From positions 32,997 through 96,996 of the forward strand of contig CAMVLZ010000003.1 in NCBI GenBank assembly GCA_947168485.1: a stretch of DNA of 64,000 nt, read 5' to 3'. The notes under the pieces were generated by a model. That model was not told the DNA's origin. It searched no databases and saw only the letters and a list, made by a program, of their open reading frames with translations. Origin of the DNA: an uncultured Bacillota bacterium (GTDB taxonomy: Bacteria > Bacillota_I > Bacilli_A > RF39 > UBA660). Shown here piece after piece: positions 49,309 to 57,551 of the stretch; within the stretch, counting starts at the first letter, position 1; each line of letters starts with the position of its first letter. The position numbers were made by a program, and so were the translations under genes.

Positions 49309-50363
49309 TATTTACCATCATCTGGTACATAACTTCCAACTGGTTCAAATGCATAACATGCTTGTCTAGCACTCATTATTTTTTCATTAGTTGAATTTAA
49401 GAATTCAATTGTAGTGCTTCCATATGATCCTTCATATGTCTTAGTATAATCACCTTTAGCATATCCTGAAATATGTATTGTATCAGGTCCATATGAAGTT
49501 GTTCCTGAAGTTTGAGTAGTTATAGCAAACTTATCTCCTGTATTATAACTACTTGCTAAGAATTCATTCCATGTCATTCCTGCAGTATAATTTTGCATTT
49601 CAAATCCACCAGATTCTTTAAAATAACAGAATTGATCAGTTGGATCTAATGTAACTTTAGAATTAATAGTTATTTCAATTCTAGTTAATGCGAATATATA
49701 AACTGGCATTAATGTTACTACTAATGCAGATGCGATTAGTTTAGATCTTGTTTTTCCTTTAGCAAATACTAATGTTGCGATAAGTAAAGTTAATATAATT
49801 AATCCAATTATTAAATATGTTGAAGTTGTTTGTGGATTACTTGCAGTTACTTTACTTGATCCCTTTCCTGCTGTAGCAAATCCTGGGTTTTTAGGATCAT
49901 TATTAAGATGAATTACAATTTTATTGCTTTCACTAAAGTTAGCTGGATCAGATGGTTCTTCAATATAAGTAATACTTAATGTACAAGTCTTTTTACTGTT
50001 TGCTTTTAACACATATCCAGTATCACAGTATAAATTATAATTTATATATTTACTCTTTGAATAATCTATACTTGGAAAAGCTGTTGAACCTTTATTAGGA
50101 TCATTTTCATAATCAGCAATAGCATAATCTTCATTATCTTTATTTTGAATAGTTAATTCATAGATGATACTATCTTCTACTTTTTTAAACTTTGGATTAA
50201 CATTTAAAGTTAAACCTTCATATCCTACTGATCCTTGTACTCCTACTCCATCCGATCTATATGTTTCTTTTAAATCTACAATAGATACGTTAGCTTTAGC
50301 ACTTACACATAATGGTAATAATACTACTAAAGCTATTACTAAATAATTAATTACTCTTTTCAT
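49308..50363 (-). CDS. Hypothetical exported membrane protein: signal peptide, ~150-aa domain, two TM helices, ~125-aa C-terminal domain
   Basis: Signal peptide MKRVINYLVIALVVLLPLCVSAKA. TM helices YLIIGLIILTLLIATLVFA and LIASALVVTLMPVYIFAL. Confidence 0.6.
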   Translation of the reverse strand: MKRVINYLVIALVVLLPLCVSAKANVSIVDLKETYRSDGVGVQGSVGYEGLTLNVNPKFKKVEDSIIYELTIQNKDNEDYAIADYENDPNKGSTAFPSIDYSKSKYINYNLYCDTGYVLKANSKKTCTLSITYIEEPSDPANFSESNKIVIHLNNDPKNPGFATAGKGSSKVTASNPQTTSTYLIIGLIILTLLIATLVFAKGKTRSKLIASALVVTLMPVYIFALTRIEITINSKVTLDPTDQFCYFKESGGFEMQNYTAGMTWNEFLASSYNTGDKFAITTQTSGTTSYGPDTIHISGYAKGDYTKTYEGSYGSTTIEFLNSTNEKIMSARQACYAFEPVGSYVPDDGK

Positions 50364-50487
50364 ATTTTCCTCCGTTATCTTTATTATAGTAATTCACTTT
50401 ATTTCTTTCAATTATTATTAATTGTTTTTATTGTAAACATTGTAAAACGAACTTTGCTTTTATGTTGGTTATTTGATATTATTTATT

Positions 50488-50580
50488 TGAGGTGTTTATA
50501 TGAAATGGGAATCTAGTAGTAGACATAGTATTGATGGTGATTGGATTAGAGAAAATGAGAGTAATGAACATTATGTTGGT
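50488..50580 (+). repeat. Copy 2 of the conserved RBS plus 27-codon 5' module
   Basis: See copy 1 (48672..48764). Confidence 0.85.
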
Positions 50581-50808
50581 CCTTCTGAAGAAGATATAAG
50601 TCAATCTATGAAAGATAGTGCTGATGAGATTAATGCTATGTTAGATAGCATAAATTTAAATGAAGATTATGAAGAAGTTAAGAATAATGAAGAAATTCAT
50701 GATAAAGAAAAAGAATTAAAAGAAATGATTGAAGATGATGAAGTTGAAAAAATGAAAAATGAAATTGATGACTTAAAGAAATCCCTTGGAGGAATCTTTG
50801 GAAAATAA
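50500..50808 (+). CDS. Hypothetical acidic protein, N-terminal paralogue of 48684..49268
   Basis: MKWESSSRHSIDGDWIRENESNEHYVG followed by an unrelated E/D/K-rich tail. Confidence 0.6.
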   Translation: MKWESSSRHSIDGDWIRENESNEHYVGPSEEDISQSMKDSADEINAMLDSINLNEDYEEVKNNEEIHDKEKELKEMIEDDEVEKMKNEIDDLKKSLGGIFGK

Positions 50809-50816
50809 TAATTATA

Positions 50817-50850
50817 AAAGTGTTAGGTGAATAATCTAACACTTTTATTT
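50817..50850 (+). terminator. Rho-independent terminator
   Basis: AAAAGTGTTAG/CTAACACTTTT hairpin followed by a T-run. Confidence 0.7.
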
Positions 50851-50944
50851 AATTTAGTTGTCTATTAATATGTAAAATTGTTTTTTTTGAACTTACTTCT
50901 TTTTTTTATATGATATAATTTTAATAGTAAAGAGAGGTAAGATT

Positions 50945-52174
50945 ATGAAAAAAGAAAATATTAGACTAATTGTAATTGTTGCTTTTTTAGGAGTATTTTG
51001 TTCAGTACTTTATAATTATACAAATAATATGAGTGTTAAAAGTGACCCTAAAAATATAAGTGTAAATAAAAATATTAGTTATGATAAAACATCTTATGAA
51101 TGTGTTGCAGGTGAATATGTTGATGCTGTTATTAGAACTTCTCGTAAAAGTCAACTTAAGTCATTTGGATCAAATAATTTCTTTTTAGTTAAAGTTAAAA
51201 AGAATCCTGATTATTCTGTTAAGTGTATTAATTGTCTTGCTGTAAGAATATATTGTAAAAGAGCTGGAAGTACTTCAGTAACAGCTAAAACAACTGATGG
51301 AGATAAGGTTACTATTCCTATTAAAATATCTAAAAAGAAAAATCATAAAATAGTTATTGAAAAGAAAGATATTAAATGTAAGAAAGGAAATACTGTTAGA
51401 ACTTTAATTACAGCTTCTAGTTCTAATGGTAACCGTAATGGTATTAAGTCTTATTATATAGATGATACAACTGTAGCGACATTATCTAAAAGTAGTATTC
51501 AACCTAAATGTGTTGGTTGTATAAATGTTGATGTTAATTGTAAAAATAGTGGTACTACTACTTTAAGAGCTGTTTCTACTTTAGGAGATAAAGATTCTTC
51601 TACTGTTACTGTTGAAAAAGAAAATCATAGTATAAGTTTATCTAAGAGTGAAATTACATGTCAAAAAGGACAAACTGTAAGATTAGATGTTACAGCTACT
51701 GGATCTTTAAATAATAAATATAATGGAATTAAATCAGTTACTGTTGCTGATAGTAAAATAGCTTCTATTTCTGATAGTGGTATTCAACCTAAATGTATTG
51801 GTTGTAGATATAAAGATGTTAAATGTAATAATACTGGTACTACTACAATTACTGCTGTTTCTACTTTAGGAGATACTGCTACTGCTAAGGTAGTTGTAAA
51901 TAGTGGTACTATAAAATATGATAAAGCAAACTATACTTGTAAAAAGGGAGATAAATTATATGCTACTATTACAGCATCTCCATATAAAGAAGGTATTAAA
52001 ACATTCTTTAGTGATGATATTGCTATAGCTGCTCTATCAATTAGTACAACTCAACCAAAATGTCCTGGTTGTCTAGGAGTAGATATTACTTGTAGAGGCA
52101 CAGGTTCTACTAATATTAAAGCTATTTCTAGAACAGGTATTACAACTAATTCAGTTGTTCAAGTTACAAAATAA
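50945..52174 (+). CDS. Anchored or exported protein with four tandem Cys-containing Ig-like (Big_2-like) repeats
   Basis: N-terminal hydrophobic helix, then 4 repeats of about 88 aa. Each repeat carries C...(41-45 aa)...CxxC...(6 aa)...C and a G(S/T)T.(I/V).A...(T)GD...(V).V pattern. Confidence 0.7.
   Translation: MKKENIRLIVIVAFLGVFCSVLYNYTNNMSVKSDPKNISVNKNISYDKTSYECVAGEYVDAVIRTSRKSQLKSFGSNNFFLVKVKKNPDYSVKCINCLAVRIYCKRAGSTSVTAKTTDGDKVTIPIKISKKKNHKIVIEKKDIKCKKGNTVRTLITASSSNGNRNGIKSYYIDDTTVATLSKSSIQPKCVGCINVDVNCKNSGTTTLRAVSTLGDKDSSTVTVEKENHSISLSKSEITCQKGQTVRLDVTATGSLNNKYNGIKSVTVADSKIASISDSGIQPKCIGCRYKDVKCNNTGTTTITAVSTLGDTATAKVVVNSGTIKYDKANYTCKKGDKLYATITASPYKEGIKTFFSDDIAIAALSISTTQPKCPGCLGVDITCRGTGSTNIKAISRTGITTNSVVQVTK
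51074..52165 (+). repeat. Four tandem ~88-codon coding repeats
   Basis: Repeat units are about aa 44-128, 136-223, 230-318 and 323-407. The motif QPKC.GC....V.C...G.T is conserved. Confidence 0.8.
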
Positions 52175-52198
52175 ACTAGTATTATTACTAGTTTTTTT
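52173..52198 (+). terminator. Rho-independent terminator
   Basis: AAACTAGTA/TACTAGTTT hairpin followed by T7. Confidence 0.7.
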
Positions 52199-52202
52199 CT
52201 AT

Positions 52203-52231
52203 AAAAAAATAACATCTAAATAGATGTTATT
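52203..52231 (-). terminator. Rho-independent terminator after smc
   Basis: ATAACATCT/AGATGTTAT hairpin followed by U7 on the minus strand. Confidence 0.6.
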
Positions 52232-52232
52232 T

Positions 52233-55187
52233 TTATATTACTTCTTGATGATTTTCTAAATTAACACTAACTAGTTTAGATACACCTTGTTCTTGCATTG
52301 TTATACCATATAATGTTTTAGCATACTCCATTGTTTTCTTTTTATGAGTAATTATTAAGAATTCTGTTTTATTCTTATAATTATCTAAATATGTACCAAA
52401 TTCTGCTACATTAGCTTCATCAAGTGCTGCTTCTACTTCATCAAATAAACAGAATGGAACTTGTTTAACATTAAGTATAGCAAATAATAAAGATATTGCA
52501 GTTAATGTTTTTTCTCCACCAGATAATAAACTTATAGTAGAAATCTTTTTACCAGGAGGTTGAGCAAGTATATCTACTCCTGTCTCTAATAAATCTTCTG
52601 GATTAGTTAATTCTAATGAAGCAGTTCCTCCTTTGAATAATTCTTTAAATACTTTTTGAAATTCATTATTAATAGTATTAAAAGTATTAGAGAATTCTTC
52701 TTTCATTACTTCATCCATCTCATTCATTATTTCTAATAGAGTATCTTCTGCTTGTAGTAGATCTTCTTTTTGAGTAGTTAAATGAGTATATCTAGAATTA
52801 ACTTCTTCATATTCTTCAATAGAATCAGTATTAACCATACCTATTTCTTTAATTTTATTTTTATATGTTTTTATCTTCTTACGAGCTTCTTCTGGATCAA
52901 TATCTAAACTATATTCAGATTTAGCTCTTTCATAAGATATTTCATAATCTTCTCTTAATATATCTAATAAATTTTCTAATTTAATATCAACTTTATTAAT
53001 CTCTAATTCTAAATTATTCTTAGATTTTTCTAAAGACTTAATATTAGCATTTTTCTCTTTAGTATTAGCATCTAATCTTTCTATTTCATCTTTTAAATTA
53101 GATATCTTATTACTTAAATTATTAATATTTAATTCAATAGACTCTTTAGAAGAATTAGCTCTATTATACTCTTCAATAAGAGATAATTCTTTATCATCAA
53201 CATTATTATTACTTATAGATTCTAAATTAGAAAGATTAGTTTCTTCATTAGATAAAGACTTTTCTAATTCATCTAATTTTTTATTTAATTCATTATACTC
53301 TTCATTAAGAGAAGCTCTTTCCTTAAACAATTTAAATACTTCATCTTCTAAAGATTCTCTTTCCTTGTCTATACTAATAATATTTTTTTCTATAGAAGAT
53401 TTCTCATTAGATAAAATATCTAATTTTCTTTCAGCATTTACTAGATCTTGTTTAGCACTAATTATACTTCTAGTACCCTTTAAAGATCCACCAGTAATTG
53501 AACCACCTACATTTACTTGATCTCCTTCTAGAGTTATTATTCTATACTTATTGTCAATTAACTTAGATAATTCATTCGCGTTATCTAGAGTATCAGTTAG
53601 AATAATATTTCCATATTGATTAGTAATAATATTTTCATATTTTTTATTATATTTAATAATACTAGATAATATTCCTAAGAATGCAGGATTATTTTCTATT
53701 TTACTTAGAGTATTACTATCTATAGATCTTCCTTTAATAATATTTAATGGGAAGAATGTTGCTCTACCTAGATGATTATCCTTTAAATACTTTACTGCTT
53801 TAGTAGCAGATATTTCATCTTTAGTAATAATAAAATTCTTATTAGATTGAGATGCTGTATTTAGAGCATTCATATATTTTTCATCAGTATCAATAACATT
53901 AGAAATAGTAGTAAGTATTCCTTCTAAATCATTATTATTTAAAACTTCTCTTACTGAATTAGGCATTACTCCTCCATCAGATATTTCAAGTTTTAAAGAC
54001 TCTATTTTATGATTTAAACTAATAATATTCTTATCATAATTCTTATAATCATTAGATAATACTACTCTTTCATTTTTTATTCTTGATAAGGTTTTATCTA
54101 ATTTATTAGATTTATCATCTAATTCATCAATATTATTTTTCTTATTAGAGATATTTTCTTTTAATACTTTTATATCTCCTTCTAACTTAGATTTATTATT
54201 AATAACAGATTTTAACCTTTCATTTAATTCATCTTTTTCTTTATTATTAGATTTTTGTTCTTTTAATAAATTTATTTTTCCATTTAGATTTTCTACTTTT
54301 TCAGTTATTTCTACTAAGTCTTTTTGTAGATTATTATATTCATTTTGAAGAGAATCTAATTCATTATTTTTACTTATTAAATCTACTTGATCTTTATTAT
54401 TAATACTACTTATATTAACTAATTCATTATCTATTTTAGATAATCTATCTTTTGAATCATTTAATATATTAGAATAGTTTTCTATATCGTAAGCAATTAA
54501 AGCTACTTCATATTTATCTAATCCTTCTTTATTTTCTAAATATATTTTTGCTTTTTCTGATTGCTCTTTTAAAGGACCAAGTCTTGATTCTAATTCAGAA
54601 ATTATATCATTAACTCTATCTATATTAATATGAGTTTTTTCTAATTTACGAAGAGCTTCTTCTTTACGTTTTTTATATTTTAATACTCCTGCGGCTTCTT
54701 CAATAATAGTTCTTCTATCTAGAGAAGAATTTGATATTATTTGATCTACTTCTCCTTGAGATATTATATTAAATGATTGTTTTCCTATACCAGAATCTAA
54801 GAATAAATCAGTTATATCTTTAAGACGACATTTTTCATTATTAAGAAAATATTCATTTTCTCCACTACGATATATTCTTCTTTTAACAGATATTTCAGTA
54901 TATGGAATATTTATATAATGATCAGTATTATCAAATATTAATTCTACTGAAGCTACATTTAATGGGTTACGTTTTTTTGTACCTGAAAAGATTACATCTT
55001 GCATTGAATTAGATCCACGTAGTGATTTTACTCTTTGCTCTCCTAGTACCCATCTTACTGCATCTACTACGTTTGATTTACCAGATCCGTTAGGTCCAAC
55101 TATACATGTAATATCATTATCTAATTTTATGTTAATTTTATCAGCAAATGATTTAAAACCACTTGCGATTATCTCTTTTAAGTACAT
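52233..55187 (-). CDS. smc: Chromosome partition protein SMC (short form, ~984 aa)
   Basis: MYLKEIIASGFKSFADK...IVGPNGSGKSNVVDA, the hinge, and C-terminal LSGGEKTLTAISLLFA...FCLFDEVEAALD. I moved the start to the ATG at 55185-55187, with AGGTGA upstream. Confidence 0.9.
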   Translation of the reverse strand: MYLKEIIASGFKSFADKINIKLDNDITCIVGPNGSGKSNVVDAVRWVLGEQRVKSLRGSNSMQDVIFSGTKKRNPLNVASVELIFDNTDHYINIPYTEISVKRRIYRSGENEYFLNNEKCRLKDITDLFLDSGIGKQSFNIISQGEVDQIISNSSLDRRTIIEEAAGVLKYKKRKEEALRKLEKTHINIDRVNDIISELESRLGPLKEQSEKAKIYLENKEGLDKYEVALIAYDIENYSNILNDSKDRLSKIDNELVNISSINNKDQVDLISKNNELDSLQNEYNNLQKDLVEITEKVENLNGKINLLKEQKSNNKEKDELNERLKSVINNKSKLEGDIKVLKENISNKKNNIDELDDKSNKLDKTLSRIKNERVVLSNDYKNYDKNIISLNHKIESLKLEISDGGVMPNSVREVLNNNDLEGILTTISNVIDTDEKYMNALNTASQSNKNFIITKDEISATKAVKYLKDNHLGRATFFPLNIIKGRSIDSNTLSKIENNPAFLGILSSIIKYNKKYENIITNQYGNIILTDTLDNANELSKLIDNKYRIITLEGDQVNVGGSITGGSLKGTRSIISAKQDLVNAERKLDILSNEKSSIEKNIISIDKERESLEDEVFKLFKERASLNEEYNELNKKLDELEKSLSNEETNLSNLESISNNNVDDKELSLIEEYNRANSSKESIELNINNLSNKISNLKDEIERLDANTKEKNANIKSLEKSKNNLELEINKVDIKLENLLDILREDYEISYERAKSEYSLDIDPEEARKKIKTYKNKIKEIGMVNTDSIEEYEEVNSRYTHLTTQKEDLLQAEDTLLEIMNEMDEVMKEEFSNTFNTINNEFQKVFKELFKGGTASLELTNPEDLLETGVDILAQPPGKKISTISLLSGGEKTLTAISLLFAILNVKQVPFCLFDEVEAALDEANVAEFGTYLDNYKNKTEFLIITHKKKTMEYAKTLYGITMQEQGVSKLVSVNLENHQEVI

Positions 55188-55235
55188 ATTACTCACCTTA
55201 ATAAATTATACTATAAATTATCTAATTAAACAAAT

Positions 55236-55261
55236 AAAAAGAAATACATTTAAGTATTTCT
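55236..55261 (-). terminator. Rho-independent terminator
   Basis: AGAAATAC/GTATTTCT hairpin followed by U5. Confidence 0.5.
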
Positions 55262-56091
55262 TATTCTACTATAGAACCATAATTTTCTATTTCTGTTACT
55301 CCTGATGAACTATCCCATTCAAGTCCCCAATCTTTTGTATTAGGGTTACATCCTTTTTCGTTGAAAGTATGCATATCTACTTCAAATTCTACGACGTTAG
55401 TTCCACCAGATCCAGTATGACCATATTTTGTATAGTTAGGGTCATTTCTACTCTTTTGATCTGCTACTACTGCTGGGAAGGATTCACCATTTTTTAATTT
55501 TATGTTAATGTTATCTCCAACTTTTCCAGCTTCTTCTGATGTAGCTACTAAATAGCATTCTTGACCATTAACATTCATAACAGCTATACCATTTTTATAT
55601 TTTCCACCTTGTTTTTCCCATTCATCAAAGATTTTTCTTTGATTAGTTCCATCTGCCCAATGTACAGATGATAAATCTGTATATACGACACCTTTGTCAC
55701 CATAACCAGTAACTGTATAACCTCTTTGTGCTAAATCATCTGGTATTTTTAATGATGATTTCATTTCTGTTTTAAATCCAGATCCTGCTCCAGCCATAAG
55801 AAGTGTTTTTAAAGATTCTTCATCACTATTCTTATATGCAGTAGATACTCCATTTAAGAAATCATTCATAGTTTTATAATTTGACATAGATGAATCTAGA
55901 GTTGAACTTAGTGAAGTTGCTACTTGAGAACACGCGTCAGCAGCTGGTCCTTTAAATATAGAACCTCCTCCTAATTTAGTAGAAGCTTCTTTAGCTGATT
56001 CTTGAACAACAGCAACACTTGAGTTAAACTTGTTAGTTGTTGCTATAGCTGAATCAAAAGCTCCATAATCTTTTACTCCATAATTTTCCAT
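55261..56091 (-). CDS. Two-domain protein: WXG100/LXG-like helical N-terminus plus a C-terminal putative wall-binding or hydrolase-like beta domain
   Basis: The start is the ATG at 56089-56091, with GGAGG 5 nt upstream. The N-terminal ~100 aa are helical with a central IFKGPAADA (W.G.A..A-like) motif. C-terminal YLVATSEEAGKVGDNINIKLKNGESFPAVVADQK...NVVEFEVD resembles 3D/DPBB-type domains. Confidence 0.4.
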   Translation of the reverse strand: MENYGVKDYGAFDSAIATTNKFNSSVAVVQESAKEASTKLGGGSIFKGPAADACSQVATSLSSTLDSSMSNYKTMNDFLNGVSTAYKNSDEESLKTLLMAGAGSGFKTEMKSSLKIPDDLAQRGYTVTGYGDKGVVYTDLSSVHWADGTNQRKIFDEWEKQGGKYKNGIAVMNVNGQECYLVATSEEAGKVGDNINIKLKNGESFPAVVADQKSRNDPNYTKYGHTGSGGTNVVEFEVDMHTFNEKGCNPNTKDWGLEWDSSSGVTEIENYGSIVE

Positions 56092-56127
56092 ATATACCTC
56101 CAGCATATAATTTTATTATCCTAATTA

Positions 56128-56136
56128 ATTATAACA
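56128..56136 (-). promoter_or_regulatory. Extended -10 box (TGTTATAAT) for the WXG-like gene
   Basis: The minus strand reads TGTGTTATAAT about 35 nt upstream of the start. Confidence 0.45.
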
Positions 56137-56365
56137 CATAAAAAGACTATTAATATAGTCTTTTAATTTTTATTATTTATACTTTACATTATTAATTATT
56201 TTTTTATTTTTTCTTCCCTTGCCTAATGTTTATATTAACAATTATAGCAAAAAAACATTGTTAAACAACAATTGTATTTACTTTTGTATGCGTAAAGTTG
56301 TCAGAACAGATAATTAATCATATATTTAATATCCATGTTATAATAAAGAGGTATTGGAGGTTATT

Positions 56366-57118
56366 ATGAAGATAATATCATGGAATGTTAATGGATTAAG
56401 AGCTTGTTTAAGTAAAGGATTTGAAGACTTCTTCTATGAAGAGGATGCGGATATATTTTGTATACAAGAAACTAAATTACAAGAAGAACAAAACACTTTC
56501 CATCCAGAAGGATATTTTGAATATATTTATAGTGCTCAAAAGAAAGGTTATTCTGGAACATTAATATATTCTAAGATTGAACCAATCAGTGTTAAATATG
56601 GAATCGATGATGAAGAATATGATAATGAAGGAAGAACTATTACATTAGAATTTGATAACTTTTACTTAGTTAATTGCTATGTACCTAATTCTAAAAGAGA
56701 ATTAGAGCGACTTGATTCTCGTCAAAGATTTGAAGATGTAATGAGAGATTATTTAAATGGACTAAGAAAAGATAAAAATGTAGTTTATTGTGGAGACTTA
56801 AATGTCGCTCACGAAGAGATAGATATAAGAAATCCTGATAGTAATCATCACTCAGCTGGATTCACTGATGAAGAAAGAAATAAGATGACAGAGTTACTAT
56901 CATCTGGATTTGTAGATACTTTTAGATACTTTAATAAAAATGAAGTTAAATATACTTGGTGGAGTTACATGAGACAAGCTAGAGAAAAAAATATAGGTTG
57001 GAGAATAGATTACTTTATTGTTAACAAAGAATTTATTAATAATGTTAATTCTACTATGATATATGATCAAATAATGGGTAGTGATCATTGCCCTATTGGT
57101 TTGGATTTTAATGATTAG
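56366..57118 (+). CDS. xth: Exodeoxyribonuclease III
   Basis: MKIISWNVNGLRA, FCIQETK, DLNVAHEEID and SDHCPI motifs. GGAGG lies upstream of the ATG at 56366, and there is a TGTTATAAT -10 box at 56336-56344. Confidence 0.9.
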   Translation: MKIISWNVNGLRACLSKGFEDFFYEEDADIFCIQETKLQEEQNTFHPEGYFEYIYSAQKKGYSGTLIYSKIEPISVKYGIDDEEYDNEGRTITLEFDNFYLVNCYVPNSKRELERLDSRQRFEDVMRDYLNGLRKDKNVVYCGDLNVAHEEIDIRNPDSNHHSAGFTDEERNKMTELLSSGFVDTFRYFNKNEVKYTWWSYMRQAREKNIGWRIDYFIVNKEFINNVNSTMIYDQIMGSDHCPIGLDFND

Positions 57119-57197
57119 GTTTTTCTTAAGGTTATTATGTTGAAATAGAAAAGTATTAATTATAATATTTGGTTAGATAATATAGGAGGTTACTTTT

Positions 57198-57503
57198 ATG
57201 AAAGTATGTAATGCTTGTGGTACACAATTACCTGATAATAGTGTTAAATGTACAAATTGTGGTAATAACAATATAGTTACTTTGTCAGAAGAAAGAGATA
57301 GTTCTCGTCCATTACCTGTTACAGAAGCACCTGTAAAAGAACATGGTTTTATTGGATGGGGTGTTTTAGGTTTCTTTTTTCCACTAGTTGGATGGATATT
57401 ATATTATGTTTGGAAAAATACACAACCAGCTAATGCTAGATTAGCAGGTATTGGAGGAATTATTGGTTTTGTTGTTTCTTTAACACTTCAAATAATTTTT
57501 TAA
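57198..57503 (+). CDS. Zinc-ribbon membrane protein
   Basis: CNACGTQLPDNSVKCTNCG followed by two TM helices. Confidence 0.6.
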   Translation: MKVCNACGTQLPDNSVKCTNCGNNNIVTLSEERDSSRPLPVTEAPVKEHGFIGWGVLGFFFPLVGWILYYVWKNTQPANARLAGIGGIIGFVVSLTLQIIF

Positions 57504-57516
57504 GTAATATTAGCAT

Positions 57517-57551
57517 AAAAAAAGAAGATGAATTATTCATCTTCTTTTTTT
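57517..57551. terminator. Bidirectional terminator between the zinc-ribbon gene and pnp
   Basis: AAGAAGATGAA/TTCATCTTCTT stem flanked by an A-run and a T-run. It overlaps the pnp stop. Confidence 0.6.
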
